Source: Mobula hypostoma (taxonomy: Eukaryota). Taken from it: a stretch of DNA of 64,000 nt. Both the position numbers and the translations under genes were made by a program. Position 1 is the first letter of the stretch. Each line of letters starts with the position of its first letter. The stretch lies in the NCBI RefSeq assembly GCF_963921235.1, contig NC_086108.1, positions 20,832,001-20,896,000 on the forward strand, given 5' to 3'. Positions 12,167 through 24,500 of the stretch are shown here, in pieces. The notes beneath the pieces are model-generated. The model was not told where the DNA came from, did not search any database, and saw only the letters and a program-made list of their open reading frames with translations.

Positions 12167-13129
12167 TAATAGCTGCCTTGTGCAGCTGGATCCTGGACTT
12201 CCTGTCAGATCGCCAGCAGGTGGTAAGAGTGGGCTCCCTCACCTCCACCCCTCTGACTTTCAACATGAGAGCCCCTCAGGGCTGTGCACTAAGTCCCCTC
12301 CTTTACTCCCTCCCTGTATACCTATGACTATGTTGCCACCCACAGCTCTAATCAGCTAATCAAATGTGCCGACAACACTACATTGATTTGCCTAATCTCA
12401 AACAATAACGAGGTGGCCTACAGGTAAGAAGTCATCTCTTCCCTGGTTGTGGATTACAGGAGGATAGAGATAGGCTAACCTCTATTGACATCAATGGATC
12501 TGGGATTGAGAAGTAAACAGCCTTAAATTCCTCAGCATCCACATTACCGAGGACCTCTTGTGGTCTGTACACACCAGCTGTGTGGTGAAAAAGGCACAAC
12601 AGCGCCGCTTTCATATCAGATGGTTGAAGAAGTTTGGTATGGGCCCCCAAATACTAAGAACTTTCTACAGGGACACAATTGAGAGCATCCTGACTGGCTG
12701 CATCACTGCCTGGTATGGAAACTGTACCACCCTTAATCACAGGATTCTACAGTGAGTGGTGCAGACAGCCCAGTGCATCTGCAGTTGTGAACTTCCCATG
12801 ATTCAGGATATTTACAAAGGCAGGTGTGGAAAAAAGGGCCTGTAGGATCACTGGGGACCCAAGTCAACACAACCACCATCTATTCCAGCTGCTACCATCT
12901 GGGAAACAGTACCGCAGCATAAAAGCCAGGACAAACAGGCTCCAGGACAGCCTCTTCCACCAAGCCATCAGACTGATTTGAGTGTATTTCTTTGTTACAT
13001 TGACTGTTCTATTTATTATAAATTACTATGATTGCACATTGCACATTTAGACAGAGACATAATGAAAAGACTTTTACTCCCCATGTATGTGAAGGATGTA
13101 AGAAATGAAGTCAATTCAATTCAATTCAA
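12167..13129 (+). mobile_element. Rex1/Babar-like LINE 3' portion
   Basis: WILDFLSDRQQVVRVG..PQGC.LSPLL; KKAQQR..IESILTGCITAWYGNC; (AATTC)n tail. Confidence 0.85.
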
Positions 13130-13546
13130 TAAGGATGGGACTTTCAAAAAAAGTGAATCGGCCATGGGGAGTATTGTAGAGATGGGGGATACAGGGATAT
13201 AAGTATTTCTGGGAGAAAAGTTTGTGAACGCTTTTCAATTACCTTTTTCTGCATTACTCATAAATGTGATCTGATTTTCATCTGTCACAATAATAGACAA
13301 GCACCATCTGCCTAAACTAATAACACAAACATTGTACTTCTTGTCAATACTAAGCATATCATTTAAACAATCAGTCCAGGTTCAAAAAAGTATGTGAACC
13401 TCTGGGCAATGCTTTCCACAAAAAGTATTTGGAGTCAGGTTTCCAATCAATGAGATTAGACTGGAGACACACATTAAAGTTGCTGGTGAACACAGCAGGC
13501 CAGGCAGCATCTCTAGGAAGAGGTACAGTCGATCTCTCTATCAAAA

Positions 13547-15578
13547 TTCTTTGGCAAAGACTCTTCCACCCCCACCGATGACCCCTTCTCCCATCTTCAA
13601 CCCTCTTCTTCTTCGTGGACACCCCGCTCTGGTCTTCTGCCTGCTCTGGATCTCTTTATCGCTAACTGCCGACGGGACATCAACCGTCTCGACTTCACCG
13701 CACCTTGTTCCCATTCCAACCTCACTCCTTCGGAACGCTCTGCTCACCACTCCCTCCGCACTAATCCTAACCTTATTATTAAACCCGCCGATAAGGGGGG
13801 TGCCGTTGTAGTCTGGCGCACTGACCTCTACCTTGCCAAGGCACAGCGACAACTCGCGGATACCTCCTCTTATTTACCCCTCGATCGTGACCCCACTAAG
13901 GAGCACCAGGCCATTGTCTCCCACACCATCACTGACTTTATCCGCTCAGGGGATCTCCCATCCACTGCTACCAACCTTATAGTTCCCACACCTCGCACTT
14001 CCCGTTTCTACCTCCTACCCAAGATCCACAAACCTGCTTGTCCTGGCAGACCTATTGTCTCAGCTTGCTCCTGCCCCACCGAACTCGTTTCTGCATACCC
14101 CGACACGGTTTTATCCCCACTTGTTCAATCCCTTCCTACCTATGTTCGTGACACTTCTCACGCTCTTAAACTTTTCGATGATTTTAAGTTCCCTGGCCCC
14201 CACCGCTTTATTTTCACCGTGGATGTCCAGTCCCTATATATTTCCATCCCCCATCAGGAAGGTCTCAAAGCTCTCTGCTTCTTTTTGGATTCCAGACCTA
14301 ATCAGTTCCCCTCTACCACCACTCTGCTCCGTCTAGCGGAATTAGTCCTTACTCTTAATAATTTCTCCTTTGTCTCCTTCCACTTCCTCCAAACTAAAGG
14401 TGTAGCTATGGGCACCCGTATGGGTCCTAGCTATGCCTGTCTTTTTGTTGGCTTTGTGGAACAATCTATGTTCCGTGCCTATTCTGGTATCTGTCCCCCA
14501 CTTTTCCTTCACTACATCGACGACTGCATTGGCACTGCTTCCTGCACACATGCTGAGCTCGTTGACTTTATTAACTTTGCCTCCAACTTTCACCCTGCCC
14601 TCAAGTTTACCTGGTCCATTTCCAACACCTCCCTCCCCTTTCTAAATCTTTCTGTCTCTGTCTCTGGAGACAGCTTATCCACTGATGTCTACTATAAGCC
14701 TACTGACTCTCACAGCTATCTGGACTATTCCTCTTCTCACCCTGTCTCTTGCAAAAATGCCATCCCCTTCTCGCAATTCCTCCGTCTCCGCCGCATCTGC
14801 TCTCAGGCTGAGGCTTTTCATTCCAGGATGAGGGAGATGTCCTCCTTTTTTAAAGAAAGGGGCTTCCCTTCCTCCACTATCAACTCTGCTCTCAAACGCA
14901 TCTCCCCCATTTCACGTACATCTGCTCTCACTCCATCCTCCCACCACCCCACTAGGAATAGGGTTCCCCTGGTCCTCACCTACCACCCCACCAGCCTCTG
15001 GGTCCAAGATATTATTCTCCGTAACTTCCGCCACCTCCAATGGGATCCCACCACTAAGCACATCTTTCCCTTCCCCACCCCCAGCTTTCCGCAGGGATCG
15101 CTCCCTACGCGACTCCCTTGTCCATTCGTCCCCCCCATCCCTCTCCACTGATCTCCCTCCTGGTACTTATCCTTGTAAGCGGAACAAGTGCTACACATGC
15201 CCTTACACTTCCTCCCTTACCACCATTCAGGGCCCCAAACAGTCCGTCCAGGTGAGGCGACACTTCATCTGTGAGTCGGCTGGGGTGATATACTGCGTCT
15301 GGTGCTCCCGATGTGGCCTTCTATATATTGGCGAGACCCGACGCAGACTGGGAGACCGCTTTGCTGAACACCTACGCTCTGTCCGCCAGAGAAAGCAGGA
15401 TCTCCCAGTGGTCACACATTTTAATTCCACATCCCATTCCCATTCTGACATGTCTATCCACGGCCTCCTCTACTGTAAAGATGAAGCCACACTTAGGTTG
15501 GAGGAACAACACCTCATATTCCGTCTGGGTAGCCTCCAACCTGATGGCATGAACATCGACTTCTCTAACTTCCGCTAA
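13547..15578 (+). pseudogene. Penelope RT-GIY-YIG ORF, 5'-truncated, with a frameshift near 15070
   Basis: KPADKGG, YLLPKIHK, GVAMGT, YIDD, FL(D/N)L, CKRNKCYTC, VIYC..C..CGLLYIGET.R.L..RF.EH. Confidence 0.92.
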
Positions 15579-15857
15579 CGTCCCACCTCCCTCTCGTACC
15601 CCATCTGTTATTTATTTTTATACACACATTCTTTCTCTCACTCTCTTTTTTCTCCCTCTGTCCCTCTGACTATACCCCTTGCCCATCCTCTGGGTCCCCC
15701 CCCCCCGCTTGTCTTTCTCCCCGGACCTCCTGTCCCATGATCCTCTTTGCCAATCACCTGTCCAGCTCTTGGCTCCATCCCTCCCCTTCCTGTCTTCTCC
15801 TATCATTTTGGATCTCCTCCTCCCCCTCTCAAATCTCTTATTAACTCTTCCTTCAGT

Positions 15858-15895
15858 TAGTCCTGACGAAGGGTCTCGGCCTGAAACATCGACTG
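15858..15895 (+). ncRNA. Minimal type I hammerhead ribozyme motif in the Penelope pLTR
   Basis: TAGTC-CTGACGA-AGG(GTCTCGG)CCT-GAAA-CATC-GACTG: conserved core, stems I and II, and a minimal stem III. Confidence 0.8.
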
Positions 15896-16577
15896 TACCT
15901 CTTCCTAGAGATGCTGCCTGGCCTGCTGCGTTCACCAGCAACTTTAATGTGTGTTGCTTGAATTTCCAGCATCTGCAGAATTCCTGTTGTTTGCGATTAG
16001 ACTGGAGATGTGGGTTGTAGAGGTGCCCTGCCCTATATATAAAAAAAGACACACAGATGGCTCTTCTCAAGAAAGATCTGTTTATGTACACCGTGCCTTG
16101 ATCAAAACAACTTTTGGAGAACTTTAGAAGAAGAATTGTAGAGATGCATGAAGCTGGAAATGGCCACAAAAGCATTTGAGTGTTAATCAGTCCACAGTAA
16201 GAGAAAATGTCAACAAATGGTAGAAACTCAGTACTGTTGTTACTTTCCCTAGGAGTGGCCGTCCTGCAAAGATCACATCAAGAGCACAATATGGAATGTT
16301 GAAGGAGGTGAAAAAGAACCCAAAGATTCCACCAAAAGACCTACAGAAATCTCTAGAACTTGCTAAATGCCTCTGTTCATGTGTCACTATAAGAAAAACA
16401 CTGAACAAGGATGGTGTTCATTGAAGGACACAATGGAGGAAACCACTGCTCTCCAAAAAAATATTGCTATGTGTCTCAAGTTTGCAAAAGACCACCTGAA
16501 TGTCCTACAATGCTTTTGGAACAATGTTCTGGGGACAGATGAGACAACAGTTGAACTTTCTGGCAGAAATGCACACC

Positions 16578-17178
16578 CCTTCCACATCACCTAGGACCTC
16601 ATGTGGTCTGTACACACCAGCTGTGTGGTGAAAAAGGAGCAACAGCGCCTCTTTCACCTCAGATGGTTGAGGAAGTTTGGTATGGGACCCCAAATCCTAA
16701 GAACTTTCTACAGGGGCATAAACGAGAGCATCCTGACCGCATCACTGCCTGGTATGGGAACTGTACCTCCCTTAATCGCAGGATTCTGCAGAGAGTGGCG
16801 CGGACAGCCCAGTACATCTGCAGTTGTGAACTTCCCATGATTCAGGACATTTACAAAGATAGGTGTGAAAAAAGGGCCCAAAGGATCACTGGGGACCTGA
16901 GTCACCCAACCACAATGTATTTCAGCTGCTATCATCCGGGAAATGGTACTGCAGCATAAAAGCCAGGACCAACAGGCTCCGGGACAGCTTCTTCCACCAG
17001 GCCATCAGACTGATTAATTCACTCTGATTTGAGTGTATTTCTATGTTACATTGACTGTTGTATTTATTATAACTTACTATGATTGCACAATGCACATTTA
17101 GACAGAGACATAATGTAAAGATTTTTACTCCTCATGTATATGAAGGATGTTAGAAATAGAGTCAATTCAATTTTAATT
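16578..17178 (+). mobile_element. Rex1/Babar-like LINE 3' fragment inside the Tc1 transposase
   Basis: Highly similar to 12540-13129; same AATTC-like tail. Confidence 0.85.
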
Positions 17179-19709
17179 CTATCTTTGGCAAAAAAGAGCA
17201 TTGCACACCAACATCAAAACCTTATCCCAACTGTGAAGCATGGTGGAAGGAGCAACATAGTTTGGCCTGTTTTGCTACCTCAGGGCCTGGACAGCTTCCA
17301 TTCGTTAAGGGAACAATGAATTCAAAATTGTATCAAGACATTTTATAAGAGAATGTCAGGGTAGTGGTCTATCACCTGAAGCTTAATAAAATTTAGACGA
17401 TGCAATAAGACAATGATCCGAAATACAAGAGTAAGTCAACAATAGAATGGTTTAAAAAGAAGAAAACCTGTGTTTTGGAATGGTGAAGTCAGAGTCCAGA
17501 CCTTAGCCCAACTGAGATGCTGTAAGATGACCTGAAGAGGGTTGTTCATGCGAAGTATCCATGATATATTGATGAACTGACAAGTTTTGTATGGAGGAAT
17601 CGTCTAAAATTCCTCCTTGCCATTGTGCAAGTCTGATCAGCAGCTACAAAAAACATTTGATGGATGTTATTGTTGCTGAAGGAAGTTCTACCAGTTACTT
17701 AGTACAACGGTTCACACACTTTTTCCAGCCTGAAAGTACAATTGTTTGTGTGTCATTACTTTAGGCAGAGTGTGTTTTCAATAATTGTGACTTAGATGAA
17801 GATTTTATGAGTAACTTATGCAGAAAATCAGGTAATTACAAAGGGTTCACAAATGTTTTCTTGCAACTGTACATCATGGTTCCCTGAAAGTGGCCTCACG
17901 TTGTGGATAGGGTGGTGAGTACAACTTTTAGCATGCTGGCCTTCATCAGTCAGGGCACTGAGCACAGAAGTTGGAATGTTAGCTGTAGTTGTACAAAATG
18001 TTGCGGAGGCCGCATTTAGAACACTGTATGCAGTTTGGCCACACTGCTCTCAGAAGATGCTATTCAGCTGCAAAGACTGCAGAGGAAATTTACAAGGATG
18101 TTGTCAAGGGGCTGAGTTATGGAGAGACGTGAGCAGGTTGGGACATTTTTCACTGGTGTGTAGGAGAACAAAGGGTATAGAGATGTATAAAATAATAAGA
18201 CACATAAATAGAGTTATTGTGCAAGGTGTTTTCCCACAGGATTGGGGAAGGAGAGAGATTTAATACGAACCTGAGGAGTAACATTTTCATCCAAAATAAA
18301 TGGAATAAGCTGCCAGAGGAAGTGGTTGAAGCAGGTACACTAACATAATTTTAAAAGGTATTTGTACAACTGCATGGAAAGGAAAGCTTTAGAGTAATAT
18401 GAGCTAAATATGGGCAAATGTGATTATCTTAGATGGGAACTTTGGTTGGCATGGACCAATTGGACCGAAGGATCTGCTTCCATGTTCTAGGACTCTATAC
18501 GGAATAGGTTAAGACAGAATGGAAGACAGAAAGCACAAGTAGTGACTATTAGGGAAGATTTTATAGAAACAAGATGAGAAAGGGACCTGTGTTAATCTGG
18601 CTGAGTTTTTCCAGTATTTTCCCTTTTTGCAAACATATCTCAGCAGTTTTATTTATTTTCCACACTGAAGTAACTACCATGTTTACATTATCATTTGTAT
18701 ATCAGAACTTTTAACATTATAAAAAGAAATTATTTGGCCAGTCAAATATACTGATTCACTGACTGGTGCTTTATTCTCACAATCTGAGGTTGTTCACCAT
18801 CAGTAACAAACAGAGGAAAAATGATTTCACAATATTCAAGTCCTGCTGGATATTCAAAAATCAGTTACTGAACTTCACCAGTTAAAAAAGAAGTTGCTAT
18901 TTGTGGTAGGTCCCCAAACCAAGAGACGAATACAGAATATAAAATGGGATAAAGTTATCCAATTTCTGAAAAGGAAAAATTGTTAACACAGAATAGGCCA
19001 AAGCAGGCCAGACTGAGGTTCCCATCCAGAAGTAACCATTAGCGTGTTGATCCTCAAGTATCTGCACTTAAACCAAGAACCAAGAGAGCCTTCCACACCC
19101 TCTCACATAAAGGCAAATGCCCAAATGGAAACGTGGCCTTAGGCAGTGTGGTGCTGAGACCAACCCTAATGTCATATTCAATCAGGTCAGGTTCAGTTAA
19201 TCATTATGCCACATTATAAAGGCCATGAAAATTAGTTTTTTCAAGCAGTAGCACATGGCAAATTAATACAAACTTAAATTAATATAAATTAGATATAAGT
19301 TATCAAGTAAACAAAAATAAACAAAATATACTAAAAGTATGAGAACAATCTTTTGACTCTTTGAATTTGTGCAAATTGAGAGAAATATAGTTCAAGATTG
19401 TACTAGGGGTTTTCAGTTAGTTCAAGAAACTGATGGCAGAGGGGATGAACCTGTTACTGAACCCGGATTGTTACTACCATCAGAGAAGAGGTACAGGAGC
19501 ATGAAGGCACACACTCAACGATTCAGAACTACTTCATTCAGATTTCGGAATGGACATTGAACCTATAAACACTACCTCACTATCTTTTTTGCACTACTTA
19601 TTTAACTATTTAATTCTGATTCAGAAATTCATTATATTCAAAGATTTAAAAATGACATTTAAAGACTTTAAAAGCTTTAAATTGAAATCAAGAAAGAATT
19701 AAAAAAAAC

Positions 19710-20558
19710 CTGGTGGCATGGTGCGAAGACAATAACCTATCCCTCAACGTCAGCAAGACGAAGGAATTGGTTGCTGACTTCATAAGGAGTAGCGGACCGC
19801 ACGACCCAATTTACATCGGTGGTGCGCAAGTGGAACAGGTCAAAAGCTTTAAGTTCCTCGGGGTCAATATCACAAAGGACCTGACTTGGTCCAACCAAGC
19901 AGAGTTCACTGCCAAGAAGGCCCACCAGCGCCTTTACTTCCTGAGAAAACTAAAGAAATTTGGCCTGTCCCCTAAAACCCTCACTAATTTTTATCGATGC
20001 ACCGTAGAAAGCATTTTTCTCGGGTACATCACAACCTGGTATGGAAGTTGTCCTGTCCAAGACCGAAAGAAGCTGCAGAAGATCGTGAACACGGCGCAGC
20101 ACATCACACAAACCAATCTTCCGTCCTTGGACTCACTTTACACCGCACGCTGTCAGAGCAGTGCTGCCAGGATAATCAAGGACACGACCCACCCAGCCAA
20201 CACACTTTTCGTCCCTCTTCCCTCCGGGAGAAGGCTAAGGAGCTTGAAGACTCGTTCGGCCAGATTTGGGAACAGCTTCTTTCCAATTGTGATATGACTG
20301 CTGAACGGATCCTGACCCGGATCTGGGCCGTACCCTCCAACTATCCGGACCTGCCTCTCGGTTTTTTTGCACTACCTTACTTTCCATTTTTCTATTTTCT
20401 ATTTATGATTTATAATTTAAATTTTTAATATTTACTAATCTTTACTATTTTTAATATTTAATATTTGTAATCCAGGGAGTGGGAAGCGCAGAATCAAATA
20501 TCGCTGTGATGATTGTACATTCTAGTATCAATTGTTTGGCGACAATAAAGTATAAATA
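19710..20558 (+). mobile_element. Rex1/Babar-like LINE 3' fragment (young; 194-aa open frame)
   Basis: WCEDNNLSLNVSKTKELV.DF..FKFLGV.I..KKAHQRLYFLRKL..LPSGRRLRS..NSFFP; tail AATAAAGTATAAA. Confidence 0.88.
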
Positions 20559-21512
20559 ACATTGAAAATGTCATTAAAACACAAGAAAACTTCTACAAGT
20601 AATCAGTAAAATTACAAAAGCAAAATAGTTATTTTTTTAAAGGTAGTAATTTATCTTCCCTTTTGACTCCTATCCTGTGGGGCTAGACTCTCAATTGAAA
20701 TTAAATTTTTTTTTAAATCTAACAGGCCAGTATTTAAGAAAAATTCTGAGACAGGCTTCCATACTGTACTCCATGGAGAGTCCAAAACTGTCAGTAAGTC
20801 CCAGACTCTCAGCACACGTATACGGTCTAAGTCTGACTTGAGTTTGAACAGCTGGACATGAGTAATTGCAGTCAAAACAGTATGACAGTCAAAATTTTGC
20901 CCAATTACACATTCAAACTGCTCTTGAAACAAGCAGAAAAGATGAACTTCTGTTAATTTTTGTTGCACAGATAAATTACAAGCTACAGACCTTTTCCAAA
21001 CACATGCAGAAACTGAATGTTGTTTCCCTTAAAGATTAATAGTATGCAAGGAATAATACTACAACTTGCCACCAATTTTAACTATGAACTAAAAGTTTTG
21101 TTAAAGTAATTTCCAGTTACACTTTTATTTTGTCTTCAACACAATGAACAGTAATAGAGCAATGAAAAAATGAGAAATCAATGCAAAGCTATAAAAGGAA
21201 TCAAACATCTAAGGCATGAAGAACAAATTACAGAGACAGATAAATAACTGCAAGCCATGAAAAAGTAAAATACCAGAAGACAACAAATCAGAAAGCACAT
21301 AGGTGATGGATAAGTTAAATTTGGAGCAATAGAGATTTACACGAATCCCACGTAAGGTGCAAAGGGAAAGGCTGGACAGTATAACGTAGGGATCATTGAA
21401 TATAGAGTAACGAAGAGAAGTATATTCAGATGGACTGAAGCACAACAAGAAATATGCAAAGCTACAAGGTAAGATGATGTTTGCAGTCAAGAGGATGCAA
21501 ACTCATTAATTT

Positions 21513-24500
21513 ATATAACCATATAACAATTACAGCACGGAAACAGGCCATCTCGGCCCTTCTAGTCCGTGCTGAACACATGCTCTCAGCCCATAACCCT
21601 CCATTCCATTCCTGTCCATATAGCTGTCCAATTTAACCTTAAATGACAACATCCAACCTGCCTCAACCACTTCTGCTGGACGCTCGTTCCACACAGCTAC
21701 GACTCTCTGAGTAAAGAAGTTCCCCTTCATGTTACCCCTAAACTTTTGCCCTTTAACTCTCAACTCATGTCCTCGTGTTTGAATCTCCCCCACTTTCAAT
21801 GGAAAATGCCTATCCACGTCAACTCTATCTATCCCCCTCATAATTTTAAATACCTCTTAAAAAGTCCCCCATCAACCTTCTACGCTCCAAAGAATAAAGA
21901 CCCAACTTGTTCAACCTTTCTCTGTAACTTAGGAGATGAAACGCAGCTAACATTCTAATAAACTTTCTCTGTACTCCCTCAATTTTGTTGACATTTTTCC
22001 TATAATTTGGTGACCAGAACTGTACACAATACTCCAAATTTAGCCTTACCAATGCCTTATACAATTTCAACATTACATCCCAACTCCTATACTCAATGCT
22101 CTGATTTATAAAGGCCAGCATACCAAAAGCTTTCTTCACCACCCTATCCACATGACAGTCCACCTTCAGGAAACTATACACCATTATTCCTAGATCCCTC
22201 TGTTCTACTGCATTCTTCAATGCCCTACCATTTACCATGTATGTCCTATTTTGATTAGTCCTACCAAAATGTAGCACCTCACATTTATCAGCATTAAATT
22301 TCATCTGCCATCTTTCAGCCCACTCTTCTAACTGGCCTAAATCTCTCTGCAAGCTTTGAAATGACAAATAACATTAGACCCAGTACAAATCCCCGAGGCA
22401 CACCACTAGTCACCGGCCTCCAATCTGACACACAGTTATCCACCACTACTCTCTGACGTCTCCCATCCAGCCACTGCTGAATCCATTTTACTACTTCAAT
22501 ATTAATACCTAACAATTGAACCTTCCTAACTAACCTTCCTTGTCAAAGGCCTTACTGAAGTCCATATAGATAACATCCACCACTTTACCCTCGTCAACTT
22601 TCTCAGTAACCTCTTCTAAAAATTCAAAAGGATTTGTCAATCATGACTTTCCACGCACAAATCCATGTTGACTGTTCTCAATCAGACCCTGTCTATCCAG
22701 ATAATTATACAGTTCCTAATCAGACCCTGTCTGTCCAGATAATTATATATACCATCTCTAAGAATACTTTCCAACAATTTACCCACCACTGACGTCAAAC
22801 TCACAGGTCAATAACTGCTAGGTTTACTCTTAGAACCCTTTTTAAACAATGGAACAACATCAGCAATACGCCAATCAGCCGGATCCCCGTTTCTAATGAC
22901 ATTTGAAATATTTCTGTCAGAGCCCCTGCTATTTCCACACTAACTTCCCTCAAGGTCCTAGGGAATATCCTGTCAGGACCTGGAGACTTACCCACTTTTA
23001 TATTCCTTAGAAGCGCCAGTACTTCCTCTTCTTTAATCATCATAGTTTCCATAACTACCCTTCTTGTTTCCCTTACCTTGCACAATTCAATATCCTTCTC
23101 CTTAGTGAATACCGAAGAAAAGAAATTGTTCAAAATCTCCCCCATCTCTTTTGGCTCTGCACATAGCCATCCACTCTGATTCTCTAAGGGACCAATTTTA
23201 TCCCTCACTATCCTTTTGCTATTTATATAACTATAAAAACCCTTTGGATTTATTTTCACCTTACTTGCCAAAGCCAACCTCATATCTTCTTTTCGCTTTT
23301 CTAATTTCTTTAAGATTCTTTTTACATTCCTTATATTCCTCGAGCACCTCATTTACTCCAAGCTGCCTATATTTATTGTAGATCTCTCTCTTTTTCTGAA
23401 TCAAGTTTCCAATATCCCTTGAAAACCATGGCTCTCTCAAACTTTTAACGTTTCCTTTCAACCAACAGGGACATAAAGATTCTGTACCCTCAAAATTTCA
23501 CCTTTAAATGACCTCCATTTCTCTATTACATCTTTCTCATAAAACAAATTGTCCCAATTCACTCCTTCTAAATCCTTTCGCATCTCCTCAAAGTTAGCCT
23601 TTCTCCAATCAAAAATCTCAACCCTGGTTCCAGTCCTTTCCTTCTCCATAATTATATTGAAACTATAATTATGATCACTGGACCCGAAGTGTTCCCCAAC
23701 ACATACCTCTGTCACCTGACCTATCTCATTCCCTAACAGGAGATCCAACACTGCCCCTTCTCTAGCAGGTACCTCTATGTATTGCTGCAAAAAACTATCC
23801 TGCACACATTTTACAAACTCCAAACCATCCAGCCCTTTTACAGAATGAGTTTCCCAGTCTATGTTGGAAAATTAAAATCTCCCACAATCACAACCTTGTG
23901 CTTACCACAAATATCTGCTATCTCCTTACAAATTTGCTCCTCCAATTCTTGCTCCCCATTAGGTGGTCTATAATACCCCTTATAAGAGTTACTACACCTT
24001 TCCCATTTCTCAATTCCACCCAAATAGCCTCCCTAGACGAGTCCTCTAATCTATCCTGCCAAAGCACCGCTGTAGTATTTTCTCTGACAAGCAATGCAGC
24101 TCCCCCTCTTGCCCTTCCAATTCTATCACACCTGAAGCTACAAAATCCAGGAATATTTAGTTGCCAATCACACCCCTCCTGCAACCATGTTTCACTAACA
24201 GCTAAAACATCATATTTCCAGGTATCAATCCATGCTCTAAGCTCATCCACCTTTCTTGCAATGCTCCTAGCATTAAAATAGATGCATTTAAGAAACTCTC
24301 CACCTCTTATTCTCTGTTTATCCCTGATGGTGCAAACAACTTTGTTATCTTTTTCTTCCTTCTTCCCTATATCTTCGGTCTGAGTGCTCCCGTTCTCTGT
24401 CCCCTGCCTATCCTCCCTCACACACTGTCTACTAGCTTTCTCTATTTGTGAACTAACCTCCTCTCTCCTCATCTCTTCAATTTGATTCCCACCCCCCAAC

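Larger units (their letters stand above)
13468..15994 (+). mobile_element. Young Penelope-like element (RT + GIY-YIG), 5'-truncated with an inverted pLTR piece
   Basis: 14-bp TSD GATTAGACTGGAGA (13454-13467, 15995-16008). 13468-13533 is the reverse complement of the element's 3' end. Confidence 0.95.
13206..17869 (+). mobile_element. Tc1-family DNA transposon (IR/DR type) with a defective transposase at ~16090-17702
   Basis: Right end GGGTTCACAAATGTTTTCTTGCAACTG-TA; degenerate left end; inner direct repeats at ~13385 and ~17710. Transposase motifs RRRIVEMHEAG, PRSGRP, TDET, PTVKHGG, DND, SPDL. Interrupted by a PLE and a Rex1. Confidence 0.88.
2150..18500 (+). mobile_element. Old degenerate CR1 LINE split by nested insertions (pieces ~2150-3490, 9885-10292, 12141-12166, 13130-13205, 17870-18500)
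   Basis: Degenerate ORF1 esterase (…DSIV(R)G…CCLPGAR…) at ~2330-2830, then ORF2 motifs in order (EDWRVANVVP, RSHGIQGELANWI, VHxSLKVA), then a CR1 tail near 18480. The sequence rejoins across each insertion. Confidence 0.7.

Noticed and set aside
18829..18985. Short open frames and a minus-strand acceptor-like site in unique DNA
   Set aside because: No similarity to RALGPS2 or any family I recognise, and no convincing donor.
20726..20793. Plus-strand exon-like segment (ctaacag|...|gtaagt)
   Set aside because: 68 nt, no recognisable protein in any frame, and no partner exons.
22678..22748. ~39-bp tandem duplication in CR1 ORF2 (and loss of the YADD region near 22362)
   Set aside because: Ordinary post-insertion decay of a dead copy; not a CRISPR-like or functional array.
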